From: Candidatus Poribacteria bacterium
GTDB lineage: Bacteria; Poribacteria; WGA-4E; WGA-3G
Reading direction: 5' to 3' (one strand)
DNA: 64,000 nucleotides
NCBI GenBank assembly: GCA_963664215.1
Contig: OY761015.1
Positions within the stretch are counted from its first letter, which is position 1. Every line of letters begins with the position of its first letter. The notes under the pieces were generated by a model. The model saw only the letters and a program-made list of their open reading frames with translations, was not told the DNA's origin and did no database searches. Made by a program: the position numbers and the translations under genes. This document shows, piece by piece, positions 8,673 through 18,556 of the stretch.

Positions 8673-10328
8673 ATGCAGGAAAAAAGATGGAGGATTCTGT
8701 GGATTGATAACCAGATATCTGATGTAGAGCAATCTGGCGCGCAACTTAAGAATCAGCATCGTGAAAAGCAGACCCATATAACATCCGAACCCTACATCCG
8801 CTCTCTGGAAGATCAAGGATACGACATTTCTTTAACAGACACTATTGCTGAAGGCATCGCGTTACTCCGGGATGAAGAATATCACGCCGTCCTATTGGGT
8901 TATGACGAAGCAACACGAGAGGAGAATCTGCTTTCGTATATTCGGAGCGTGGATGCGCATATTCCTATTATTCTCCTAACGCACGAGGGCGGACAGCAAG
9001 TGCTTCAGCAAGCAAGTCTTTACGATGTTGACAGTATTTTCATAACGACGGCAAATGATCAAAACGAAACTTCGTCTCAACAGTTAGAGGCATCGCTCGC
9101 GCTTACACTTGAAAAACAGACAGCACGGGAAGCATATACACCACAGGCGTACGTTCAGAACTTTAACAGGGGACAAATATCGGATGGTGTTACACCGGGA
9201 CGCGGTTCCGTTGACGAATGGCAGACATGGATCGATACTTATGTGCGTCTCGTTGAATGGGATTTACGACTCGACACGCTTCATAACGTCGATGAACTAA
9301 AATCTATCCATGAGATAGAGAAACGAGAGGCGAATGCCCGGTTCGCTGACTATGTTCAAACCAATTATCACAACTGGTTTTCAAGCGGAGCGTCGCCTAC
9401 TTTGTCTGTCGATGTCGTCTACAAATATGTCATCCCCGAACTTCAGGCAGGGAAGCAGGTCCTGTTCGTTGTTATGGACTGTATGCGGTTGGACCACTGG
9501 TTGAAAATTGAACCCTTGCTGTATCCCCTGTTTAATATAACCACAGATTATTATTATTCCATTCTGCCAACGGCTACCCGTTATGCACGGAACGCTATTT
9601 TTAGTGGATTGTTTCCGCTTGAATTTGCTGAGAGGCACCCCGACCTATACGCAGAACCCGATACAGCGCACACGAGTATCAACCGCTATGAGAAAGATCT
9701 GATGCGCTTACAACTTGAGCGACACGGTATACTTCTCAAGCCACCTCTCCATTACTTCAAGATTTTTGATACACGTGGCGAAATCCAATATCTGCACTGG
9801 CTCAGCGTTACGGACAGGATTAGTTTGACGGCGCTTGTTGTTGATTTCCTTGATATGTTGACACATACACGGCATGAGATAGGTTTACTTCAGCAGCTCG
9901 TTCCAGATGAAGCCGCCTTTCGGACACTCGCGCAGGCGTGGTTTCAGCATTCGCATCTTTATAGAGTCTTCAGAATTGCGGCTGAGCGCGGTATGACAGT
10001 CGTCTTAACGTCTGACCACGGTTCGCTGCTTTGTCAAAATGCCGCGAAAGTTTCAAGTCAAGCCGAACTCACGACGGGTCTTCGGTTTAAAGAAGGAAAA
10101 AACATCTCGTGTTCACCTGAAGCCGGATGGGTCATAAAGGAACCAGGCGCGTATCGCTTACCGGGTGAAGAAGCACAAAAAAGTTATGTCCTTGCAAAAG
10201 AGGACTACTACTTTGTTTATGAAAGACAATTCGATGTCTATAAAGAGATATTTCAAGGTAGTTTCCAACACGGTGGTGTTTCACTTGAGGAGATGATTCT
10301 GCCTTGCGTTGTCCTTGAACCGAGGTAA
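8673..10328 (+). CDS. orphan response regulator with N-terminal CheY-like receiver and C-terminal PglZ (alkaline-phosphatase superfamily) domain, PorX-like
   Basis: ATG at 8673 preceded by AAGGGGG. Receiver-like N-terminus RILWIDNQ...IPIILLTHEGG. PglZ motifs DCMRLDHW and TSDHGS. The ORF track's longer N-terminus (from 8562) translates through a repeat element. Confidence 0.7.
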   Translation: MQEKRWRILWIDNQISDVEQSGAQLKNQHREKQTHITSEPYIRSLEDQGYDISLTDTIAEGIALLRDEEYHAVLLGYDEATREENLLSYIRSVDAHIPIILLTHEGGQQVLQQASLYDVDSIFITTANDQNETSSQQLEASLALTLEKQTAREAYTPQAYVQNFNRGQISDGVTPGRGSVDEWQTWIDTYVRLVEWDLRLDTLHNVDELKSIHEIEKREANARFADYVQTNYHNWFSSGASPTLSVDVVYKYVIPELQAGKQVLFVVMDCMRLDHWLKIEPLLYPLFNITTDYYYSILPTATRYARNAIFSGLFPLEFAERHPDLYAEPDTAHTSINRYEKDLMRLQLERHGILLKPPLHYFKIFDTRGEIQYLHWLSVTDRISLTALVVDFLDMLTHTRHEIGLLQQLVPDEAAFRTLAQAWFQHSHLYRVFRIAAERGMTVVLTSDHGSLLCQNAAKVSSQAELTTGLRFKEGKNISCSPEAGWVIKEPGAYRLPGEEAQKSYVLAKEDYYFVYERQFDVYKEIFQGSFQHGGVSLEEMILPCVVLEPR

Positions 10329-10345
10329 TTGAGGAGAATTAAACG

Positions 10346-12196
10346 ATGTTGGAAACCAGCAGACTTCGTAAACATTTACTCTGTGGACTGTTAGTACTTA
10401 TCGCAATGATTTATCCTGCTCATATACAGGCGCAGCTCGCAGATTTCGGATTTGGTGAAAGACCACCCGTTGAGAAACTCTCAGCAAAAGGGTACCTCTC
10501 GATTGACAAGGTGCAACCCGGTAGCCAATTCCAAATCGCTGTTGTCGTTGAAATTGCCGAAGGGTGGCATGTCAACGCCAATCCTGCGGGTGAAGGGTTG
10601 ATCGCAACCGAGGTCATTTTCCCGGATACGCCGCATCTGACTTTCGGTGAAGTCGTATATCCCCAGGGTGAAGTATTGGCAATCGCTTCAATAGGAGAAG
10701 CGCCAGTCTATCACGATACCATTACTATCGGGGTCCAAGCCGATTTAAGTCAAACTGCTCCGATTGTGCCCGTGATGCTGGATTTAGAGTTGACATATCA
10801 AGCGTGCAACGATGATCAGTGTCTATTACCAGAAACTCTCACTTTTCAGGTACCTATTGAAGTTGTTGGTATAGAGGACACTATTCAGCGAATGAATGAA
10901 GCGGTTTTCGCCAACGTCCAATTCGGTGCCACGCCGAATGGGGGTGCGGACGAAGGGAGCCTCGCACGTGCCCTTTCTGGTGGACAAGTCTGGCTCGCAT
11001 TTCTACTTGTGTTTGCTGGGGGCATCTTAACCAGTTTGACGCCCTGTGTTTACCCACTCATACCGATTACCGTTTCTGTCTTCGGTGCCAATGAGTCTGC
11101 TGGTTTATTCAAGTCTTTCCTGCTCTCTGTTGTGTATGTGCTCGGGATTGTTGTGACCTATTCGATTTTGGGGGTGGCGGTTGCATCGACAGGCGCGGTC
11201 TTCGGTCAGATAATGGCAAACCCGTGGGTTGTCGGCTTCATCAGCCTCATTCTTGTGAGTTTAGGACTGTCTATGTTCGGTGTTTTTGAGATTCGGTTGC
11301 CCTATGCGGTGCAGAACCGTCTTAACACCGTTGGGGGTACCGGATTCGCAGGGGCATTCGCTATGGGAACAGTCGCAGGCGTGATCGCCGCACCTTGCAC
11401 GGGACCGGCGTTGGCAGTCGTGCTAACGTATATCGCGACGACCGGAAGTCTCTTCCTCGGATTCTGGCTTATGTTCACTTACGCGCTCGGCATGGGATTG
11501 CTTTTTATCGGCATTGGCACGTTCTCTGGGTTACTCTCTGCACTACCCCGTTCAGGCGGATGGATGTATGTTTTGGAAAACGTTTTCGGCATTGCGATTA
11601 TCACAATGGCACTCTACTTTCTCAAAGATGTGTTTCCACCGTTACAAGATTTCCTGCAGAACTCGCTTCCGTTTTTCGCTATTGCGGGTGGTTTAGTGCT
11701 CATTGGGGTGTGGCTCGGTAAGTTGACCCAACGTTTCAGCGGCATCTCTCGACGGATGCAGTTCCAAAAGGCGTGTGGGCTTTTGCTGGCGGTACTGGGT
11801 GCCTATATGTTCGTTGGAGGTATCCAACAGCCTGTTGGACCCCATTTGGATTGGGTTTACGATGAAACCGAAGGGTTTGAGATCGCTAAGCGGGAAGACA
11901 AACTTGTAATGCTTGATTTTTATGCCTCTTGGTGTGCCGCGTGTAAGGAACTCGATCATAAAACGTATGCCGATCCCGCGGTCGCTGCGAAACTCGATGA
12001 CTATGTAAATGTTAAACTCGATTTCACCCGAAGTTCCGAAACGACGCAGGCATTAACCGAGAAATATCAGATTCCCGGGTTGCCAGTCGTCATTTTCATG
12101 GATGCGGACGGTGCCGTTCTTAAGCGATTCACCGGATTTGTTGGAGCAGAGGAAATGCTTAGTATTCTTGACGACATTGAAAAACGACCACAGTAG
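10346..12196 (+). CDS. dsbD: thiol:disulfide interchange protein DsbD (cytochrome c biogenesis transmembrane domain + C-terminal thioredoxin)
   Basis: Signal peptide, N-terminal DsbD-alpha-like domain, central TM core with CVYPLIPIT, C-terminal thioredoxin WCAACK motif. GAGGAG RBS upstream. Confidence 0.85.
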   Translation: MLETSRLRKHLLCGLLVLIAMIYPAHIQAQLADFGFGERPPVEKLSAKGYLSIDKVQPGSQFQIAVVVEIAEGWHVNANPAGEGLIATEVIFPDTPHLTFGEVVYPQGEVLAIASIGEAPVYHDTITIGVQADLSQTAPIVPVMLDLELTYQACNDDQCLLPETLTFQVPIEVVGIEDTIQRMNEAVFANVQFGATPNGGADEGSLARALSGGQVWLAFLLVFAGGILTSLTPCVYPLIPITVSVFGANESAGLFKSFLLSVVYVLGIVVTYSILGVAVASTGAVFGQIMANPWVVGFISLILVSLGLSMFGVFEIRLPYAVQNRLNTVGGTGFAGAFAMGTVAGVIAAPCTGPALAVVLTYIATTGSLFLGFWLMFTYALGMGLLFIGIGTFSGLLSALPRSGGWMYVLENVFGIAIITMALYFLKDVFPPLQDFLQNSLPFFAIAGGLVLIGVWLGKLTQRFSGISRRMQFQKACGLLLAVLGAYMFVGGIQQPVGPHLDWVYDETEGFEIAKREDKLVMLDFYASWCAACKELDHKTYADPAVAAKLDDYVNVKLDFTRSSETTQALTEKYQIPGLPVVIFMDADGAVLKRFTGFVGAEEMLSILDDIEKRPQ

Positions 12197-12212
12197 GGTC
12201 ATTTAATTCTTC

Positions 12213-12239
12213 TGTAGGAGGGAACTCCGATTCCCGACT
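12213..12239. repeat. family-2 REP-like unit between dsbD and the TPR gene
   Basis: TGTAGGAGGGAACTCCGATTCCCGACT, 17 nt after the dsbD stop. Confidence 0.8.
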
Positions 12240-12270
12240 CTTTACTTCAGGTCGCCACAAAGGAGTAAAT

Positions 12271-13377
12271 ATGCCGTTTAATGCAAAATCCTTAATTTCC
12301 TTGCGGAGTTGGCTTTTTTATGCAGAAGTGATTGCGGTAATTGGTTTTATCGTGCTTGCGTTTTTCTATATTCAACGCGGCACTGCGGAATCCGAATCGC
12401 AACCGTTATCGCAGGTGGGGACTTTCATTGAAAGGGCAGATGTGCTCTTTAAGAAACAGGACCTTGCCGATGCGGCTCTCTACTATTGGCAGGCGTTACG
12501 AGCGTTGGAAACGGAGGATGAAGTCCATGAGATCTCAATAAACGGCACCTCACAGACGGGTGCGGAAGTTCGTTTGCACGCCAATCTCCGCATTGCGGAA
12601 ATCTATTCACAGAGTAATTGGTTGAAAGATGCGAAGGCACGTTTGGAATATGCAGCGCGCATTCAACCTGAACATGCCGGAGTTCGTCTCTTGCGCGGCA
12701 AACTGTTTCGGGACGAGGGGTTGCTCGCGGAAGCCACCCAAGAATTCCTCGCTGTGCTCAAGGATGCTCCAAACCATGCGGAAGCCCATTATCTCCTTGG
12801 TGTCCTCTATCAGGGGAGTAAGCAGTTTGAACAAGCCTCTGAGCACTATGTCAAAGCCATTGAAAACGATCCAGAGTTCTTAAATATCCCTTCTGAAAAA
12901 GCACCTATTGGTATCCTTGCCCGCCTTCAGTTGTCAAGAACGTATGCCAGAATGCTTCAGAGTTATCAGTTCCTTGATAGGGAATTCACCGAAGAGGATT
13001 TGGCTGAGGTTAAACGACTCGAGTCAGAATCGATTCTCCTCTTGGAGCAGGCACATGAAAATATGCCTGAAATGAACGAGGTTATTGATGACCTCGTTCG
13101 ACTGCTCTTTGCACGGGCATCTGCACTTGAGCGAGAGGATATCGAAACGCGTCAGTATGTGGATGCGCTGCAAGTCTATGAACGGATTGTCGAGCTTGAT
13201 CCCGAGGAAGTTCGGGCATGGGAGCGAATGGGTGAAATTTATGCGAGTTTCCTGGGTGATAAGGAAGCCGCCTTGGAAGTGTACCGCACGGTGTATAAAA
13301 TTGAGCCGCACCCGACTGTCTTAGCAAATGTCAAATCGCTTGAGGAAGATGTCGCCGCCGAAGCAGAAAGCCGATGA
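12271..13377 (+). CDS. membrane-anchored TPR-repeat protein
   Basis: Single N-terminal TM helix followed by TPR-like repeats. AGGAG RBS. The stop codon overlaps the 3' end of the tRNA-Thr on the opposite strand. Confidence 0.65.
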   Translation: MPFNAKSLISLRSWLFYAEVIAVIGFIVLAFFYIQRGTAESESQPLSQVGTFIERADVLFKKQDLADAALYYWQALRALETEDEVHEISINGTSQTGAEVRLHANLRIAEIYSQSNWLKDAKARLEYAARIQPEHAGVRLLRGKLFRDEGLLAEATQEFLAVLKDAPNHAEAHYLLGVLYQGSKQFEQASEHYVKAIENDPEFLNIPSEKAPIGILARLQLSRTYARMLQSYQFLDREFTEEDLAEVKRLESESILLLEQAHENMPEMNEVIDDLVRLLFARASALEREDIETRQYVDALQVYERIVELDPEEVRAWERMGEIYASFLGDKEAALEVYRTVYKIEPHPTVLANVKSLEEDVAAEAESR

Positions 13378-13440
13378 GAGGATTTGAACCTCCGACCTAC
13401 TGATTACGAATCAGTTGCTCTTCCCCTGAGCTACACCGGC
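13369..13440 (-). tRNA. tRNA-Thr (anticodon CGT)
   Basis: Manual fold of the reverse complement: acceptor GCCGGTG/CATCGGC, D-arm GCTC-AGGGGAA-GAGC, anticodon stem ACTGA/TCAGT with loop TTCGTAA, T-arm GGAGG-TTCAAAT-CCTCT. No encoded CCA. Confidence 0.8.
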
Positions 13441-13469
13441 TTAGCAAATTATTACGGTTGGAAAGGATA

Positions 13470-13542
<73 letters not shown>

Positions 13543-13554
13543 GTTAGGTATATA

Positions 13555-13583
13555 ATGATACCATTAAACGGACGGGATGTCAA
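13555..13583 (-). promoter_or_regulatory. putative sigma70-type promoter for the tRNA-Phe/tRNA-Thr pair
   Basis: On the minus strand: TTGACA - 17 nt spacer - TATCAT, ending about 12 nt before the mature tRNA-Phe 5' end. Confidence 0.35.
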
Positions 13584-13733
13584 GTTTTTTCGTAAAAAAT
13601 ATTGTTTTTTGATGCCTCTGCACGCGAAGGCAAAAGACGCGAAATAGCAGTTGTTCCTATGCTGTAGAATGATCTCTCTGTCCCTACAGAGGAACGGCGG
13701 TGTTTTCAAACCCCGTGGCTACAAAATTTATCT

Positions 13734-14837
13734 CTACGATTCCAGACGCATCGGCATCACAAGACAGATGTGGTTTTCCAGACCCATCGGTTTAAAGACG
13801 ATAGGTTCCACTTCACTTTTAAACTCTATTGCCATAGATTCCGTCTCAATGTGTCCCAAAGCCCCTATCAACAGGCGTGCATCGATGCCAATCCGTATGC
13901 GTCCGGTACCAGACGCCACGGGAACAGGTTCGTATGCCTCTCCTAATTCCGGGGTCTTCGCCGAAATCTGTACCTGCTCAGTATTGATTTCCAAAGCAAT
14001 CGCATAATTCTTTGGGTTCGATAGCAACGCGACGCGCCGTGTCGCATGTAGCATCTGTTCTTTCGAGACGATAACACTGCCTTCCATAGAGTCAGGAATG
14101 ATTTTCTGGTATGGCGGATAATCGCCCTCTACGAGTCGTGTGGTTAAGGTAGCGTTCCCATCAGCGAAGAGAATCTGATTTTCAAAAATTGAGATCTGCA
14201 CGCTGTCAGATTCAGCGAAAGTGCGAGCGATCTCTTTAACGGCTTTGAGTGGGACAATGAACCCTTTTACGTTTTCCGACGGCGTGAGCGGCTCGCAGTT
14301 TGCGAGTGAGAGCCACCTCATATCGGTTGCGACGACTTCCGTTCTGTCTGGAAGAAAATTAAAGTAGAGTCCGTTGAGGAAGTAACGGACATCCTCTGTT
14401 GCGGCGGCGAATTCGGTTTTGTGAAGCAGATCCCGCAGGATATCTCCATCGAGAGTTAAGGAGTCGCCATCAACAGAAGGTAATTGTGGGAATTCTTCGT
14501 CAGGAAGTCCGATGATTTTATAAACGCCATCCCCACAAGTGATTTCAACTCGGTCATTTGCTGTCGTTGCGAAATATATCGGTTTGTCATCGGGCAATTC
14601 TTTGACGATGTCTGCCAACTTTTTGGCAGAAACAGTGATGCCTCCGTCTTCTTGAATGGCACCTTCCACCTTTAGCTTAATCCCGACCTCCAGATCTGTG
14701 GCGATGCATTCAATCTTCCCATCGGCGGCTTGGATGAGGACGTTTGAAAGAATCGGTAGGGTCGTGCGCCCACTCGCTACACCTTGTAGCACTTGCAGAG
14801 AATGCAAGAGGACATCTTTTTCAAAGGTTAGTTCCAT
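13734..14837 (-). CDS. dnaN: DNA polymerase III beta sliding clamp
   Basis: 367 aa, three-domain clamp. N-terminus MELTFEKDVLLHSLQVLQGV...TTLPILSNVLI is diagnostic. Confidence 0.9.
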   Translation of the reverse strand: MELTFEKDVLLHSLQVLQGVASGRTTLPILSNVLIQAADGKIECIATDLEVGIKLKVEGAIQEDGGITVSAKKLADIVKELPDDKPIYFATTANDRVEITCGDGVYKIIGLPDEEFPQLPSVDGDSLTLDGDILRDLLHKTEFAAATEDVRYFLNGLYFNFLPDRTEVVATDMRWLSLANCEPLTPSENVKGFIVPLKAVKEIARTFAESDSVQISIFENQILFADGNATLTTRLVEGDYPPYQKIIPDSMEGSVIVSKEQMLHATRRVALLSNPKNYAIALEINTEQVQISAKTPELGEAYEPVPVASGTGRIRIGIDARLLIGALGHIETESMAIEFKSEVEPIVFKPMGLENHICLVMPMRLES

Positions 14838-14945
14838 TTCCGGTTCTCCTTATAGTCATTTTTATAATTTTATCAGAAAGGACGCGTTAAAGTCAAGCAC
14901 TTTTTCAACTGATGTTAAGTAATTTCGGGAATGCCAATGAATTAT

Positions 14946-15048
14946 GGTAAACCTGAAAAATAAACAGACATTTTATCCCGGGCCCGGTAGGGTCTTTCAC
15001 CTAACCGCACCGATGCTGAATGTCTAATTAATTCTAAAGTCTACCATA
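14946..15048. repeat. family-3 palindromic MITE-like element (second full-length copy)
   Basis: GGTAAACCTGAAAAATAAACAGACATT...CCCGGTAGGGTCTTTCACCTAACCGCACC...GAATGTCTAATTAATTCTAAAGTCTACCA; about 75% identical to the 8526 copy. Confidence 0.75.
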
Positions 15049-16785
15049 GTTGCCTGCTTGTATACCTGCGAACTGTTTCTGGAATAGGTCGTGGTATACA
15101 CCGCCGCGTTGAAGCAGTTCGACATGTGTACCGGTTTCAACGAGTCTACCCGCTTTGAGAACGAGGATTTTGTCGGCATCTAAAATGGTTGAGAGTCGAT
15201 GTGCGATGACGAAACTGGTGCGTCCTTTCATAAGGCGTATGAGTGCCTCTTGGACCAATGCCTCGGATGCTGCATCCAAAGACGATGTTGCCTCATCGAG
15301 AATGAGGATTTTGGGGTCTCTAATGAGCACGCGCGCAATAGCAATGCGTTGCTGTTCACCGCCAGACAGTCGAACACCGCGCTCGCCAACTTTAGTCTCG
15401 TACTGTTCTGGGAAATTCATGATGAAGTCGTGTGCGTTTGCGAACTTCGCGGCGGCAACTACCTGTTCATGTGTTACACCTTCTGGGTTTTCCGCGCCCA
15501 GACGGATATTGTAGGCGATGCTCTCGGCGAACAGGTACGGATCTTGAAAGACGATGCCGATATGGGCACGTAAGGACTGAATTTGGATCTCTTTGGTAGG
15601 GATGGTATCTATTGAAATATTGCCTTGCTGTGGATCATAGAAACGTGGAATTAAGCTGATCAGCGTGCTTTTACCCGCACCACTGGGTCCAACTAAGGCA
15701 ACTGTCTCACCGGGGTCCGCTTGAAAGTTCATTTCTTGTAAAATCGGTGCTGCTTCGTTATAGCCAAAGGAGACGTTAGAGAACTGGACACGTCCCGTAA
15801 CATGTTCTATCGGTGTTCCTTCTTGCGATTCTTCCTCGTGCTCATCAAAGAACGCAAAAATACGCCGAGCGGCAACCATGATTGACGGTATTCCGAGGTG
15901 GAGTTTTACAAGTTGTGACACAGGCGCGTGTACGTTGCCAAAATAGTGTATGATAACAAGGAGTTCACCGATGGTAATCGCATCGCGCAGGACGTAACCC
16001 CCACCTATGAAAAATATAAGGCCTTGGGCTAACCAGAAGAGGACAATCGTGAATCCGCCGCCTGTCTGCCGGATGAGTCCGTGTCTAATGCCAATTGAGA
16101 TGAGCCGTTCGATAAACTGGCGGAGGTGCTTTAAATCGTAAAATTCCTTTCCTAATCCTTTCAACTCACGAGAACCAGCAATGCTTTCCTGTAGTTTGCT
16201 CGATAGCAGGGCGTTCTGTTCTTGGATTTCCTCACCCATTCGACTGAGCGGTTTGTCCAAAACGGCGGGAATAATAATGTTTAGGGCGACGAGTAATAAG
16301 GAGAGAACACATAGCTGCCAACTGATGTACGTGATAATACCGAGGGTTACAACGAGCATGATGCCGTTTATGATATAGTCACCCGCAAAGAGATTAAATC
16401 CTTGCACCGCTTGTGGTGTGTCGGATGTGAAGGTTGCCATGACTTTACCGGTTTGGTGCGTATCGTAAAATTTAAAGCCTAATTTGCGTAGGTGGTGGTA
16501 GGCTTCGAGTTGAATGTCTTTCGATCCGTTCTCTGAAACCTTCGCCGGGAAGTAAGCGGCTCCGAATCGGAAGACGTACATACCGACTGCTGTCAACGCA
16601 TAGAATCCACAGGTAGGCAGTAGTAATTCAGCGTTTTTTGGGATAAAGACATCGTCGATCAGAATCTTCCGAAGCCAGGGCCAAATGAGACTACAACCCG
16701 AGTTGCCCAGTGCGCAGAAGATAAAGAGGACTTGGAAGTGCCAATACGGTTTTAGATACGACAACAGTCGCAGAACGTCTTTCAT
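15034..16785 (-). CDS. ABC exporter, fused permease/ATPase (MsbA-like), half of a tandem pair
   Basis: 6-TM domain followed by a nucleotide-binding domain with Walker A GPSGAGKST, LSGGQQQR signature and Walker B ILILDEATS. Likely start is MKDVLRLLSYLKPYW (ATG at 16785), 1 nt after the upstream paralog's TAA. Confidence 0.85.
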   Translation of the reverse strand: MKDVLRLLSYLKPYWHFQVLFIFCALGNSGCSLIWPWLRKILIDDVFIPKNAELLLPTCGFYALTAVGMYVFRFGAAYFPAKVSENGSKDIQLEAYHHLRKLGFKFYDTHQTGKVMATFTSDTPQAVQGFNLFAGDYIINGIMLVVTLGIITYISWQLCVLSLLLVALNIIIPAVLDKPLSRMGEEIQEQNALLSSKLQESIAGSRELKGLGKEFYDLKHLRQFIERLISIGIRHGLIRQTGGGFTIVLFWLAQGLIFFIGGGYVLRDAITIGELLVIIHYFGNVHAPVSQLVKLHLGIPSIMVAARRIFAFFDEHEEESQEGTPIEHVTGRVQFSNVSFGYNEAAPILQEMNFQADPGETVALVGPSGAGKSTLISLIPRFYDPQQGNISIDTIPTKEIQIQSLRAHIGIVFQDPYLFAESIAYNIRLGAENPEGVTHEQVVAAAKFANAHDFIMNFPEQYETKVGERGVRLSGGEQQRIAIARVLIRDPKILILDEATSSLDAASEALVQEALIRLMKGRTSFVIAHRLSTILDADKILVLKAGRLVETGTHVELLQRGGVYHDLFQKQFAGIQAGNYGRL

Positions 16786-16786
16786 G

Positions 16787-18520
16787 TTATGTCCCCTTTT
16801 GCATCCCTGCGAACTGTTTCTGGAACAGGTCGTGATATACACCGCTCCGTTGAATCAACGCAGCGTGTGTGCCGGATTCAACGAGTTCTCCATCGCTGAG
16901 CACGAAAATCTTGTCAGCGTTCAAGATGGTTGAAAGCCGGTGTGCGATGACAAAACTGGTGCGTCCTTCCATAAGACGCGTGAGTGCTTCTTGGACCAAT
17001 GCCTCGGATGCTGCATCCAGAGACGATGTTGCCTCATCGAGAATGAGGATTTTGGGGTCTCTGATAAGCACACGCGCAATCGCAATGCGTTGCTGTTCAC
17101 CTCCTGATAGCTGAATCCCACGTTCACCGACTTCACTCTCGTATTGCTCAGGGAAATTCATGATGAAGTCGTGTGCGTTTGCTAACTTTGCGGCGGCAAC
17201 AATCTCTTCGTGTGTTACTGCTTCTGGATCTGCTGCGCCTAAGCGGATGTTGTAGGCGATGCTCTCAGCAAATAGATATGGATCTTGAAAAACGATGCCG
17301 ATATGCGAGCGCAACGATTGGAGTTGGATTGTATTGATGGGTGTCGTGTCGATGCGGATAGTGCCGTGTTGGGGTTCGTAGAAGCGCGGAATGAGGCTCA
17401 CCAAGGTGCTCTTACCAGCACCGCTGGGTCCGACGATGGCAATTGTTTCACCGGGTTCCGCTTGAAAACTGATCTGTTTCAAAACGGGCTGTGTTTCGCT
17501 GTATTCAAAGGAGACCTCAGCAAATTGAACGCTTCCCTCAATATGCGTGATGGGTGTACCGTCTTGCGGTTCTTCCTCATGTTCGTCAAAGAACGCGAAG
17601 ATCCGACGAGCCGCTGCCATGACGGATGGAATGCTGAGATGAAGAGTTACGAGAAAGTGTACCGGACGCTGCAACGCATTGAACCACATGATTACTGCAA
17701 CGAGTTCTCCGACGGTCATCGCGTCTCGTAGAACATACCCACCGCCCACCAGAAACACCAAGGCATCGCTGAGCCACCAGATGACTGAGATATCCCCTAC
17801 CTTTTGGAGCTTTGCCTGTTTGATACGGATTGTCACAAGCTGCTTCAGGAAGTGCTGGATGTTTTTTAAATCGTAGAGTTCTTTTCCCAATCCTTTGAGT
17901 TCACGGGAACCGGCAATGCTTTCCTGTAAGTTGCTTGACAGCACAGCGTTTTGTTCTTGAACTTCCTCTCCTATACGATTAAGGGATTTGTTTAAAAGGA
18001 TTGGCATCAGGACAGTCACACCGACAAGGAGCAGTGAGAGAAGGCATAACTGCCAACTAACGTGCATGACGACAGGGATGGTAACAATGAGCAGGATAGT
18101 GTTTGTCGGATAGTCGCTGGCAAATATCTGAAATCCCTCTATCGCCTTTGGCGTGTCTGATGTGAAGAGAGCCATGACCTTACCGGTCTGCTGTGTGTCG
18201 TAAAATTTGAATCCTAATCTACGGAGGTGATGGTAGGTGGAGAGTTGGATGTCTTTCGCTGCATTTTGTGAGACCTTTATAGGAAAGTAAGCGAACCCAA
18301 GTGAAAAGAAGTACATGCCGAATGCTACCAGCATCCAGAGTCCACACGTAGGCAACAGTTTATCGGCGTTTTTTGCGAGAAAGACATCGTCAATCAGAAT
18401 CTTTTCAATCCACGGGAGGACGATAAACCCGCCAAAGTAGCCAAGCTGGCAAAGAATGTAAAGCCCTTGGAAATGCCAATACGGTTTTATGTATGACAGG
18501 AGCCGCAGAACATCTTTCAA
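16787..18520 (-). CDS. ABC exporter, fused permease/ATPase (MsbA-like), paralog of the downstream gene
   Basis: Same architecture and motifs as the downstream gene. The two N-termini are near-identical (MKDVLRLLSY[I/L]KPYWHFQ). This arrangement suggests a heterodimeric exporter. Confidence 0.85.
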   Translation of the reverse strand: MKDVLRLLSYIKPYWHFQGLYILCQLGYFGGFIVLPWIEKILIDDVFLAKNADKLLPTCGLWMLVAFGMYFFSLGFAYFPIKVSQNAAKDIQLSTYHHLRRLGFKFYDTQQTGKVMALFTSDTPKAIEGFQIFASDYPTNTILLIVTIPVVMHVSWQLCLLSLLLVGVTVLMPILLNKSLNRIGEEVQEQNAVLSSNLQESIAGSRELKGLGKELYDLKNIQHFLKQLVTIRIKQAKLQKVGDISVIWWLSDALVFLVGGGYVLRDAMTVGELVAVIMWFNALQRPVHFLVTLHLSIPSVMAAARRIFAFFDEHEEEPQDGTPITHIEGSVQFAEVSFEYSETQPVLKQISFQAEPGETIAIVGPSGAGKSTLVSLIPRFYEPQHGTIRIDTTPINTIQLQSLRSHIGIVFQDPYLFAESIAYNIRLGAADPEAVTHEEIVAAAKLANAHDFIMNFPEQYESEVGERGIQLSGGEQQRIAIARVLIRDPKILILDEATSSLDAASEALVQEALTRLMEGRTSFVIAHRLSTILNADKIFVLSDGELVESGTHAALIQRSGVYHDLFQKQFAGMQKGT

Positions 18521-18556
18521 TTCATCTTCCCTTACGAATTGGGATCTGATTCTATT

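Noticed and set aside
15034-16842. ORF track start at 16842 for the downstream ABC exporter (overlapping the upstream gene by 56 nt)
   Set aside because: An in-frame MKDVLRLL start at 16785 matches the paralog's N-terminus and gives a 1-nt intergenic spacing. The extension has no homology.
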